NCBI GenBank assembly: GCA_010093745.1 | Contig: MU005970.1 | Coordinates: forward strand, 143,549 to 207,548 | Length of the DNA stretch: 64,000 bases | Reading direction: 5' to 3' | DNA from: Piedraia hortae CBS 480.64 | Lineage: Eukaryota | Shown here: in pieces, positions 55,354-64,000 of the stretch | How the letters are laid out: every line of letters starts with the position of its first letter | Position numbering within the stretch: the first letter of the stretch is position 1 | Program-made: the position numbers and the translations under genes | The notes under the pieces: generated by a model | The model's input: the letters and a program-made list of their open reading frames with translations, nothing else | What the model was told of the DNA's origin: nothing | The model's database searches: none

Positions 55354-56339
55354 CTAAACACCACTCTCCCCCCTCTTAAACATTTCAACCCCCTCCCTTG
55401 CCGCCTCCTGTACCGTCAACCTCCCCTCCACGATTCTCTTAACTCCCTCCAAAATATCCCCCCAATCCCCAAAAACCGTAAACGGCACATCCTCCTTGAC
55501 GCAATATTTAATCAAATCTGCCCTGTTAGCCCCCTTCCCCTCCAAAAAAAATCAAAAATCACCCACCATGCCCCCTCTTGGCAAACAACAAATCCGCCTC
55601 CCTCGCCGCGGACAGATCCGAAACCCCATCCCCCGCATAAAACATCACCGGCCTCTTTTCCCCTGGTAACTCTGCATACCTCCTCAACGTCAGACTCTTA
55701 TCGTGTCCAAAATGCGAATCATCATGGAATTCAATCCTCCAACCTCCTTGTTCGTCAATCTTCTTTCCCTCCCTCGCTACAGTATAGTTACTTATAATAT
55801 CTAACTGCTCCGCTTGAGCACCGAGATTATGCTGCAGGATCGTGCGGATTATATCCTCCATCCCCGAGGAGACGATTACGGTTGGGATTTTGTTGGATAG
55901 GGACCAGGTGAGGAAGTTCTTGAAGTGGGGGTCGAGGGTTATGTTTTTGGTGAGGTAGGTGATGCATTCGGGGAAGGGGGTGCGAATGGAGTTCATCATT
56001 TCGGTGAAGGACTCGCTATGCCTTGGGTTAGGGGTTGTGGTTGGGGATATGGGTGGATTACCGAAAGGATTTGCGTCCTTCGAGGACGTCGAGGTTGCCT
56101 TGTTTGCGTTTGGAGACGCCGAAGCCTAGATTATCGGTCTACCGGTGTTAGGGGGGTTTGGGATTTTGGGGGTTCGGGTACCATGAAATCATTGCTGTCT
56201 TGGAGTGTGACTTTGGAGGGGTTACTATTGGGGATGTTGGTGGTGAGGTGGAAAACTGACCCGTTCCGTCAAAGTCGGTGAAGAAGATGAATTTTGGGTC
56301 TTTGAAGGGCCAGTTCATGGCTTTGAGATTTTCTGCCAT
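55354..56339 (-). CDS. HAD-superfamily phosphatase (YNL010W/Pyp1-, MtnX-like), multi-exon
   Basis: FFTDFDGT, DSND, LDPHFKNF, VIVSSGM, FGHDKS, YAGDGVSDLSAA, LFAK. Several GT-AG introns. Confidence 0.88.
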
Positions 56340-56483
56340 TATTGAAATGGGAAAATTTTTGAAAAAAGAGATGTTCTACTTTTTGATAGTGTTTCATTGG
56401 TTGGATGTGGCGGGAGCTAACCTCTTCTGTGACTAGCGCCCGCGGAGTTCAGGACTTTGATCTATCAAGTTGTTTTTAAGGCC

Positions 56484-57587
56484 ATGCAAAGGGCTACAGC
56501 GAGACTGAGGTGGACGTGCGTAGAGTGTCGATGGAGGACGACAAGATCATTAACAACTTCTTCCCGACTGCGTGAGAATATCCCCTCGGAAAAAGGCCTC
56601 CCATCGCATGCGGAACAACATCGATGGCAATTATCCAAAGACCTTTCCAGATTCGTAGACAAAGTCCTAGCGACAGCATCCGTGGCAAGCCACCACATCA
56701 ATGCCTACACGGGGACGGACTACACGGGAATCGATGCCCTACGGCAGGAGATCCTCCAGCAAGAGCAGCACGTCAAGAACTGCCATCAGACAGCTGAAAA
56801 AGCAAAGTCAAATCATTTAGAAGCACTCGCGAAGCAGTCAGCAGGCCAAAAGGAAATCGTTGGTCTCCTGGAAAGGAAAGCGTCGTGGCACCCGTCAGAT
56901 CTAGATCGATATATGTCACTCGTCCGTTCGGAGCACGTGTTAGATCAAGCGGTGCAGTCGGCGAAGGAAGAGGTTGACCTTGCTGAGCGGAAGTTGGAAG
57001 ATGCCAGGTCGCGCCTCGAACGGCTGGAGCGGAAGAGGTACCATGAGGAGCAAATCTGGAGCGATACTATCCGCCGGAACAGCACTTGGGTCACTTTTGG
57101 GCTCATGGGAGTCAACATTCTGCTTCTTTTGGCTCAAATTACCATTTCAGAGCCGTATCGCAGGAGGAAGATTGTGCAGGAAGTCAAAGCGGCGTTGGAT
57201 GAGAGGACGGTTGTGGAAAAGCAGCCGGATGACGTCCAACAGATGGCCGAGGAGAGCCCGTCTGAACTAGCGCTCTTGTCAGCTGATGTTGGAGCAAAAG
57301 ATCCATCAACGATGGTTGACCAGGCTGATCCTCACCCAGCAGATGAAGTTGTTGAGGCCGCTCAAAACGCATCAGCCCAAAGCATTTCCTCCCCAGACAT
57401 ACCTTCACAAAGCATCTCCTCTCAACTGGCAAGCAGATGGCAAGACTGCAAAGACACATTACAAGACTCTTTCAGCGATCGAGTTGTACAGATGAAAAAG
57501 GTCGAGGTGACGACTGCAGTATTGCAAGGCGCAATGACTGGTGTACTGATAACGGGTATAATCTCTCTAATCGCACGGTCTCGATGA
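56484..57587 (+). CDS. SHE9: mitochondrial inner-membrane protein She9/Mdm33
   Basis: Presequence-like start, TGTDYTGI, LLERKASW.PSDLDRY.SL.RSEH, RYHEEQIWSDTIRRNSTWVTFGLMGVN, EPYRRRK. Confidence 0.9.
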   Translation: MQRATARLRWTCVECRWRTTRSLTTSSRLRENIPSEKGLPSHAEQHRWQLSKDLSRFVDKVLATASVASHHINAYTGTDYTGIDALRQEILQQEQHVKNCHQTAEKAKSNHLEALAKQSAGQKEIVGLLERKASWHPSDLDRYMSLVRSEHVLDQAVQSAKEEVDLAERKLEDARSRLERLERKRYHEEQIWSDTIRRNSTWVTFGLMGVNILLLLAQITISEPYRRRKIVQEVKAALDERTVVEKQPDDVQQMAEESPSELALLSADVGAKDPSTMVDQADPHPADEVVEAAQNASAQSISSPDIPSQSISSQLASRWQDCKDTLQDSFSDRVVQMKKVEVTTAVLQGAMTGVLITGIISLIARSR

Positions 57588-57589
57588 CC

Positions 57590-58255
57590 TCACTGAAACT
57601 CTCCAAACCCGCCTTCATCAACAGGTTCCCTTCTTGAAGCCTTTGCCGGTGGCGGAGGCGGAGCAATCGAAAACAAAGCAGCCTGATCATCCTCTTCTGA
57701 CCTAGAAACAGGCGCTGGTCTCCTCCGTCCCATGTGACCCACTTCCACATGAATCTCCTCCCCTTCCTTGAGACTAAAGTCTTGCTTATTGGCAGACAAG
57801 TCCCGTTTATCTTTCTGAGGACCATCTAGGGCCTTCCGCCCCTCAGTCAACGCAACATTAAAATCAAACGCGGCACCTCGCTCCTCGAACATGATCCCCA
57901 ACGTGGCCTTCATCCCCCCCTCTCCCTGCACACGTAACGCGAAGAAGCGAGAGCTGTCATTCGCCTGCTGCACAACCGCCGCATTAGTATAAGGCGCAGC
58001 GGCGAACAACTCTCCAGTACCCGAATCCTCAAGCACAATATCCACCTTAATCTGCGCCTCAACCGTCGTTTCAATTATACGAAGTCTTGCTTTAAAGATC
58101 TCTTTCCCCGTCGTAGACCAACCAGAAGCCGCGAAACCTTTGGTAGACGTTATCGGCGGAATGGTAAACACGTGGACGTTCTCCGTAGCGAAAAGAACGC
58201 GCTGGATGGCTGATTCTTCCAAATGGCGCCCCGTCGCTGGATCTTTTGCTGTCAT
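57590..58255 (-). CDS. adaptin ear-binding coat-associated protein (NECAP, PHear domain)
   Basis: VHVFTIPP, GELFAAAPY, DSSRFFALRV, ATLGIMFEER..AFDFNVAL, FSLKEGE.I, C-terminal FGEFQ. Confidence 0.88.
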   Translation of the reverse strand: MTAKDPATGRHLEESAIQRVLFATENVHVFTIPPITSTKGFAASGWSTTGKEIFKARLRIIETTVEAQIKVDIVLEDSGTGELFAAAPYTNAAVVQQANDSSRFFALRVQGEGGMKATLGIMFEERGAAFDFNVALTEGRKALDGPQKDKRDLSANKQDFSLKEGEEIHVEVGHMGRRRPAPVSRSEEDDQAALFSIAPPPPPAKASRREPVDEGGFGEFQ

Positions 58256-58369
58256 TGTGAGATTGTGAGATGTTGACTGCCCCACTGCCCCGCCGTTGCC
58301 CCACCACCCCGCCGCGGGGCTCGTTCGTCACTCTTTTATTTTTTCTAGTTCGTCACCACCACCGCGCAA

Positions 58370-59329
58370 ATGGCTGATGCTGTACAGACGTTACAGAAGA
58401 CTCTGGTGTCAGAAGATGAGCCGCTGGCAAAACGGTTTCGCGCGCTTTTTTCGTTAAAGTATTTGGCTTCGCAGAAGCCGGCGACATCGCAGACGGTGCC
58501 CGCCATTGAGGCCATTGCGGCTGCATTCAACACGCCGTCGGCTTTGCTCAAGCATGAGCTCGCGTATTGTCTTGGACAGTCGGGACAGGACGAGGCCAAG
58601 CCGTTTCTTCGCAAGGTGGTCGAGGATAGGGCTGGAGATGCAATGTGCAGACACGAAGCGGCTGAGGCGTTGGGCGCGCTGGGGGATCAAGATAGCCTCG
58701 ATCTACTGCGGCAGAGGAGAGATGATGCAAAGGAAGATGAGGTTGTAAGAGAAACATGCGAGATTGCTATTGAGAGGATAGAGTGGGAACATTCCGATGC
58801 GCGGCTGAAGGAGAGATTAAGACCAAGCGACTTTACTTCCATCGATCCTGCGCCGCCAGTGGCAGAGGTTTCGTCCGTTTCCGCACTCGAACAAACCCTC
58901 ATGGACACTTCGCTACCCCTCTTCAAACGCTATCGGGCCATGTTTGCCCTCCGCGATCTTGCTTCTCCACCCGACCGTCCTGCCGCCGTATCCGCCGTCC
59001 AAGCTCTCGCACAAGGCTTTAAAGATCCTTCGGCTCTGTTCAGACACGAGATTGCATTTGTGTTTGGCCAATTATCGCATCCGGCATCCATCCCAAGTCT
59101 GGTTGAGACCCTCAGCAATGTGAAAGAGGCAAGCATGGTTCGACATGAGGCTGCAGAAGCGCTCGGCAGCCTGGGCGGCGAAGAGGGTGTAGAAGAGGTT
59201 CTGAAGCGTTTCCTCCATGATCCCGAACCGGTTGTGCGGGACAGCGTAGTTGTGGCGCTGGATATGGCCGAGTTTGAGCGCAATGGGGAGAGAGAGTATG
59301 CGACCATTCCGGTCGAGGCGGCAGCTTAG
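58370..59329 (+). CDS. LIA1: deoxyhypusine hydroxylase
   Basis: Four His-Glu HEAT motifs (LLKHELAY, CRHEAAEALG, FRHEIAF, VRHEAAEALG) and SIDPAPP. Confidence 0.95.
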   Translation: MADAVQTLQKTLVSEDEPLAKRFRALFSLKYLASQKPATSQTVPAIEAIAAAFNTPSALLKHELAYCLGQSGQDEAKPFLRKVVEDRAGDAMCRHEAAEALGALGDQDSLDLLRQRRDDAKEDEVVRETCEIAIERIEWEHSDARLKERLRPSDFTSIDPAPPVAEVSSVSALEQTLMDTSLPLFKRYRAMFALRDLASPPDRPAAVSAVQALAQGFKDPSALFRHEIAFVFGQLSHPASIPSLVETLSNVKEASMVRHEAAEALGSLGGEEGVEEVLKRFLHDPEPVVRDSVVVALDMAEFERNGEREYATIPVEAAA

Positions 59330-59332
59330 ATT

Positions 59333-59747
59333 TCAGTTGTTCTCATTCCACTTGTGTCCACACTCGGGACATGTGTAGAAAACTGTACTGCCCTCATCGG
59401 CCGACCGTAGTTGTTGTGTATAGAACCGAAGCGTATCGTGGCCGCACTGTTCGCAAGTCTTTTTGATCGTTGCCTGCGTCTGCAGGTCTGATTCGGTGAC
59501 TTCCTGCACGTCTGACCGGAGCCGTGTTCGTAGCGTCGACGGAAAAGCCGACGGCTTTGACGTAGTGACCACCACCTTGGATAATGTGTCTGCTCTGTTA
59601 GCCTCTTAATTCTCCTAGTGCGTTGTGCAACGAACCCTTGTTCATGGTCGAGCAAAGGTCGCATTCTATGCTTTCTTTGCGGTCTGGGTTGGGCGGCAGC
59701 AGAGAGCCGCAGTCTGTGCAGAACAGCAGGGAGCCGATGGCAGCCAT
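59333..59747 (-). CDS. RPA12: RNA polymerase I subunit A12
   Basis: MAAIGSLLFCTDCGSLL, CDLC, intron, then CEQCGH...QLRSADEGSTVFYTCPECGHKW. Confidence 0.93.
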
Positions 59748-59871
59748 CGTTGGGTTAAGGTGAGGTTGAGGCTTGGCGCTGTTGTTTGTCGTTCGCCGTT
59801 GCGGCACGGGAGCAGCCGCCGTCGACTTCACTCCAAAGTGGGTGCCACGACGGGCAGTGTTTGTGGCCACG

Positions 59872-62800
59872 ATGGACGGCTCGCAGCGGCCTCGGGGTGA
59901 GTCCTGTGCACCTGGCGCGTCCCGTCCTCCTCTACGAATTCCGACGGCCAACGAGGCCCTGCCATATACGCCATTTAGCTCTATCGTTCCCATCAATCCG
60001 GCCATGGTTCCACCACCGCTCGCTGCTCAAGCTGCCTATTCCAACGTCTGTCCGGACCCTCATAACACCCGTCAGGCTCTGGCCAAGCTCTACGCGGGTG
60101 CTACCAGCGCAGAGGAAGCCTCAAAGCGGTATCAAGCCACCCTAAGCGACGTTCAGAGGCTGTTACAAGACAGAGCCCTCACTCAGTACAAGTTCAAGAA
60201 GACCGGGCCTCCAGCTAGTAGCAGCAATGAAAAACAACCGCTTTCCGCATTTTCGTCAACGGTTTTGCAAACGAGCGCCGTCCCATATCAATATGTGGAC
60301 TCCTCGATGCAAAACGGGAGTGCTGTGAAAGAGCCGGAAGCGGAGTCACAGCCACCACAACCCGAGAAGCCTCCAGAAAATCTGCCTATCCATGCCCCTC
60401 CACCCGTTCGTAAACCCCGCATAAAGCTCAATCCTGGAAAACGCCCGGCTAGCGTGACCCAAAAGGATAAAGACGACATTATGGTACGGAATCTGACTTC
60501 CATGATGCAGAGCCTCTTCGAGGAAGAGGACACTCTTCATTCCGGCGTTGACACTGCCAATGGAAGCTTTGTTGCCCAAGATAGCGATGATACGCCTCCC
60601 GTCCTCCAGCTGGAGGCACAAATGAAACTAGAAAGTCATGTTCACAAAGTCGTATTCAGTAACCGCTTTGATAACATCGCAATTGCTAGCTGGACCCGAA
60701 CGCAAAAGCTCTGTGAGGGCGCATTGACTGTGGCGGGATCTTGCAATCTTCGCATCGGTGACGACTGGGACGAGGCAGATGTTCACGAGTGGTTGATTGC
60801 ACTCTCGCACATGGAAAAGGGGCTCGTCGCCTCTCGTACACTGCTACGTATCATGGCAGCTGGCTCTGCCGTCAGTGAGTTGCAATCCGAGACACGGCTC
60901 AACCTGGCCTTGACGGTATTTAGCAACGTAATCGAGTCTTGTCTCGTACCTGCGGTGGAGGAGCGTCCCCCTGAGGGACATGTAAAGGGAAATTCTGGCA
61001 CTTTTTCCCGGTTCATAATACTGTCTCGTAGCCGCAAAACCTTGCAGACCCTATCTTATACGGCCACAAAGTCGTTACGGGTTCTCGGCGAGTTTGTGTC
61101 CGCAACGGATCTGGATGAAAGCTGTCTCTCGACTGTGGAGTACTTGTGCAAGTTGCTGATTTTTGCTGAGAATGCATCCAGTGATAAGGAGTCAGCGATG
61201 GGGATCGAAACTATCGAGCCTGGTCGGCAGTGTGCCATGGATGTTCTTGCCAGGATTTTCACTCGATACGCGGCTCAGCGGCAACATATCCTCCAGGACA
61301 TTCTGACATCATTGGAAAAGCTGCCTGCTACAAAGCAGAATGCCAGACACTTTCGTCTTCCCGATGCCAGGCCGATTCAATTGGTATCTGCTCTGCTAAT
61401 GCGCTTGGTACAGACCAGTGCCACGTTTGAAGGACCCATGGCTGTGCATGATCTTAACAACGATGTTGAAATTGATTTGATGACGCTTGCAAAGCCTTTG
61501 CATGAAACTTCACAATCAACCGCTCAGTACATTGTCCAGATGCTTATCCAGCGGGCTTTGGTAACTCCCAAAAACAGCGATGAGCCTCACCGTCGTCTGC
61601 TTGACATTTTCATCGAGGACTTTTTGAATGTCATTGGATCAAGTGATTGGCCTGCAGCTGAAATTCTTTTGCGTGCCCTCGTCTCAAACATGATCAAGTT
61701 GACTCAAAATTCCAAGAGCACGGCGCCCGTTCGTACCGTTGCCCTAGAGTTGCTCAGCGCAATCGGATCTGGCATCATTGGTTTGCAGACGACCGCTAGG
61801 AATGCGCCTCGCACTCTTGAGTCTGCCAACACCAAGGCAAGCGAGCTGTTGCATGAATTGCTGTCCCAGTACGAAGACGATGGGTTTGAAAAAGCATCGC
61901 TTCTAGCCTCAGATGGTCCCTACAGGATCGTGATGGAGTATCTGCTTTCTCGCGGAGCAGATGACGCGCAGCTTCGTTCGGCTGCTGGGTATCATCTCAT
62001 GCGGTGGATCATGTCGACATGCGAGTCGAACAAGTCCGAGGAGTGGTCAAAATCTGCGCAAAAGGATATGCGAAGCATACTTGCGGATCCACATTGGCTA
62101 GATGTAAACCGTTACTACCCTACCATGGATACCTCAGAAGGACGTCTCGCGGCAGTGATCATTACCCTGGATTCACAACTCTGCAAAGCTTTCAAAGCGA
62201 TATTCAGTGTGCTTTTGAACTCGCTCACTAGTGAAGCATCAACAGTTAGGTCCCGCGGACTGAAAAGCGTGGCACTCATACTTGATCGGGATCCGAGCAT
62301 CCTCGACCGCGTACAGTCTATCCTCGCCCACATCGCGGTGTGTACTAGTGATCCCTCCCCGTTGGTACGAGATTCGGCATTGAAGCTCATCGAGGACTGC
62401 CTCAAAAGGCGACCAAAGTTGGATGAAACCATGTGCGAGATGCTCATTAGTCGAACTCGCGACTCTGCCACTTTGGTGAGAAAGCGGGCTCTGAAGATGT
62501 TGAAAGATGTGTACCTTCGCCAAGACTCGATCCGCTTACGCTCAGCGGTGGCGGAAGCTCTTATTGCACGAATGAGCGACAATGAAGAGAGCGTGGCCGA
62601 TCTAGCCCGTCAGACAATTGTCGAAGTCTGGTTCTACCCGCTTCAGAAACAAGACCTTGATGGCAGCAAAGCCCTCGAAGCGCGAATGGAGCTGAATGCC
62701 CAGGCGGGACTGTTGGTCAAGACCCTCGACAAAAACGACAGCATCAGAGACTTGCTTGGTGGATTTATCAAAGATCTTGCAGTGCAGACGAAGCAATCTG

Positions 62801-64000
62801 CCAGCTTCTCAGCCGTTTTCGAGAAGCTCGTTGCAGTCTTATTCGATGGCATAATTGACTCTACAGACCTCCCTGAAACGCCAAGCCAGGCTGCCATCAT
62901 CCGGTGCTTATCCGTGTTCGCTCGTGCTTGTCCCAAGCTGGTTACGGCTGAGCAGTTGGAGTGGCTAGAGCCGTATACGAAGAATTTAACAAAGTCGGAT
63001 GACCTGGAAGTGTTTCGTGCTGCCGTCATGGTGTTGCGCTATACTCTGCCTCATCAAAAGGCGTTGAAGCCGAATGCATTGATGGATTTGCAATCCTCGT
63101 TGCTGACGAGCATCGCTAAGCTTCCCAAGCAGGAACTCATCGAGGCCGTACCGTGCCTGTGGACTACAACCACAATGATAGGAAATCGAGACCGCCTTGT
63201 TAAATTCATCTCTTCAGCTCTGGTTGGCATCGATGGACTACGAAAAGCCGACCTCGGCTCCAATGCCACCAAGTTTGTCAAACTCGCGACCATTGTGGGA
63301 CAATTTGGTAATGCGTGTAACTTTGAGGGTCAGTTGTCGGCGTTCAAGGCTTGTCTGCCCATGTACAAGAGCGATTCTGTACCGGGACTGATGGTGGAAA
63401 TACTATGTCCTTTTGGGCTACCAAGACAACCTATGAACGTACGTGCGGTAGCTGTGGAGGCTGTCTGTACGGTGGCAAGGGCGTGGCCGAAGCTATTCCT
63501 GCGACCGGATGTGGTTTCTACCATGGAGCGCGGATTCACGAAGACGATTCCAGCGCTTGAGAAGGTTTTGCTGACAGAGCTGGATGAGTTTTTTATGTCA
63601 TCAGAGGCTGGCGAGTCTGTGGAGCCGGAGCAAGAGACTGGTCAAGAACGGCTAGGAAAGACATATGTCGCTACAGACCAAGACGGAGCATCGGCCTCAT
63701 TGGCCCAACGCTTCCTGCAGCCAATATTGCGATCGGCGTTCTCGGCCTCGGAGGATCTCGCTTGGGTTGCAGCTAAGCTTGTTGTTAGTATCAACCGTCA
63801 AGGTCTTGTGCATCCTAAAGAGTGCGGTCCTGCTCTGGTCGCGTTAGAGACAAGCCCCGTGGTTGCTATCAGCAAAATGGCGTTTGCAGAGCACCAGGCA
63901 CAGCACACCAAGCATGAGAGTCTATTTGACAAAGAATACATGCGAGCTGTGCAGTTGACGTTTGATTATCAACAAGATACGTTTAACAGTCCTCGAGGCT
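59872..64000 (+). CDS. SCC2: cohesin loader Scc2/Nipped-B, 3'-partial
   Basis: An apparently uninterrupted frame from ATG 59872 to the window end, absent from the track because it has no stop. Contains EALPYTPFSS, IQLVSALLMRLVQ, LLDIFIEDFLNV...DWPAAE, TVRSRGLKS, DPSPLVRDSA, VRKRALK, QGLVHPKECGPALVALETSP. Confidence 0.92.
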   Translation, partial: MDGSQRPRGESCAPGASRPPLRIPTANEALPYTPFSSIVPINPAMVPPPLAAQAAYSNVCPDPHNTRQALAKLYAGATSAEEASKRYQATLSDVQRLLQDRALTQYKFKKTGPPASSSNEKQPLSAFSSTVLQTSAVPYQYVDSSMQNGSAVKEPEAESQPPQPEKPPENLPIHAPPPVRKPRIKLNPGKRPASVTQKDKDDIMVRNLTSMMQSLFEEEDTLHSGVDTANGSFVAQDSDDTPPVLQLEAQMKLESHVHKVVFSNRFDNIAIASWTRTQKLCEGALTVAGSCNLRIGDDWDEADVHEWLIALSHMEKGLVASRTLLRIMAAGSAVSELQSETRLNLALTVFSNVIESCLVPAVEERPPEGHVKGNSGTFSRFIILSRSRKTLQTLSYTATKSLRVLGEFVSATDLDESCLSTVEYLCKLLIFAENASSDKESAMGIETIEPGRQCAMDVLARIFTRYAAQRQHILQDILTSLEKLPATKQNARHFRLPDARPIQLVSALLMRLVQTSATFEGPMAVHDLNNDVEIDLMTLAKPLHETSQSTAQYIVQMLIQRALVTPKNSDEPHRRLLDIFIEDFLNVIGSSDWPAAEILLRALVSNMIKLTQNSKSTAPVRTVALELLSAIGSGIIGLQTTARNAPRTLESANTKASELLHELLSQYEDDGFEKASLLASDGPYRIVMEYLLSRGADDAQLRSAAGYHLMRWIMSTCESNKSEEWSKSAQKDMRSILADPHWLDVNRYYPTMDTSEGRLAAVIITLDSQLCKAFKAIFSVLLNSLTSEASTVRSRGLKSVALILDRDPSILDRVQSILAHIAVCTSDPSPLVRDSALKLIEDCLKRRPKLDETMCEMLISRTRDSATLVRKRALKMLKDVYLRQDSIRLRSAVAEALIARMSDNEESVADLARQTIVEVWFYPLQKQDLDGSKALEARMELNAQAGLLVKTLDKNDSIRDLLGGFIKDLAVQTKQSASFSAVFEKLVAVLFDGIIDSTDLPETPSQAAIIRCLSVFARACPKLVTAEQLEWLEPYTKNLTKSDDLEVFRAAVMVLRYTLPHQKALKPNALMDLQSSLLTSIAKLPKQELIEAVPCLWTTTTMIGNRDRLVKFISSALVGIDGLRKADLGSNATKFVKLATIVGQFGNACNFEGQLSAFKACLPMYKSDSVPGLMVEILCPFGLPRQPMNVRAVAVEAVCTVARAWPKLFLRPDVVSTMERGFTKTIPALEKVLLTELDEFFMSSEAGESVEPEQETGQERLGKTYVATDQDGASASLAQRFLQPILRSAFSASEDLAWVAAKLVVSINRQGLVHPKECGPALVALETSPVVAISKMAFAEHQAQHTKHESLFDKEYMRAVQLTFDYQQDTFNSPRG

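Overview
This is nuclear DNA from a filamentous ascomycete (Pezizomycotina; short GT-AG introns with CTRAC branch sites). Two very compact, intron-poor housekeeping blocks flank an accessory island. The left block (about 3-30.6 kb) holds UBA1, GCP4, an F-box gene, an SDR, CLP1, ARG82/IPK2, a La-Arb1 fusion, ZTA1, VPS15, MDV1, ACL2/ACL1 and FIG4. The right block (about 48-64 kb) holds PPG1, a Zn2Cys6 factor, ESA1, REX4, MRPS12, a HAD phosphatase, SHE9, NECAP, LIA1, RPA12 and a partial SCC2. The gene-sparse island (about 30.6-47.9 kb) contains a GPI-type pepsin-family protein lacking both catalytic aspartates, a decayed Mutator/SWIM-like transposase, a roughly 310-nt highly base-paired ncRNA candidate, and a tandem array of five intact plus one broken paralogue of a small secreted, probably GPI-anchored protein, some with GC-AG introns. 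It also carries a very divergent extra PP2A B56 subunit next to PPG1. Other points of interest are a candidate CUG-initiated, NLS-bearing N-terminal extension of UBA1, intergenic gaps down to 2-26 bp, and a C-to-G skew switch within genes. All identifications are by eye from motifs and recalled family knowledge; no database searches or folding calculations were run. Exon models were spliced manually.
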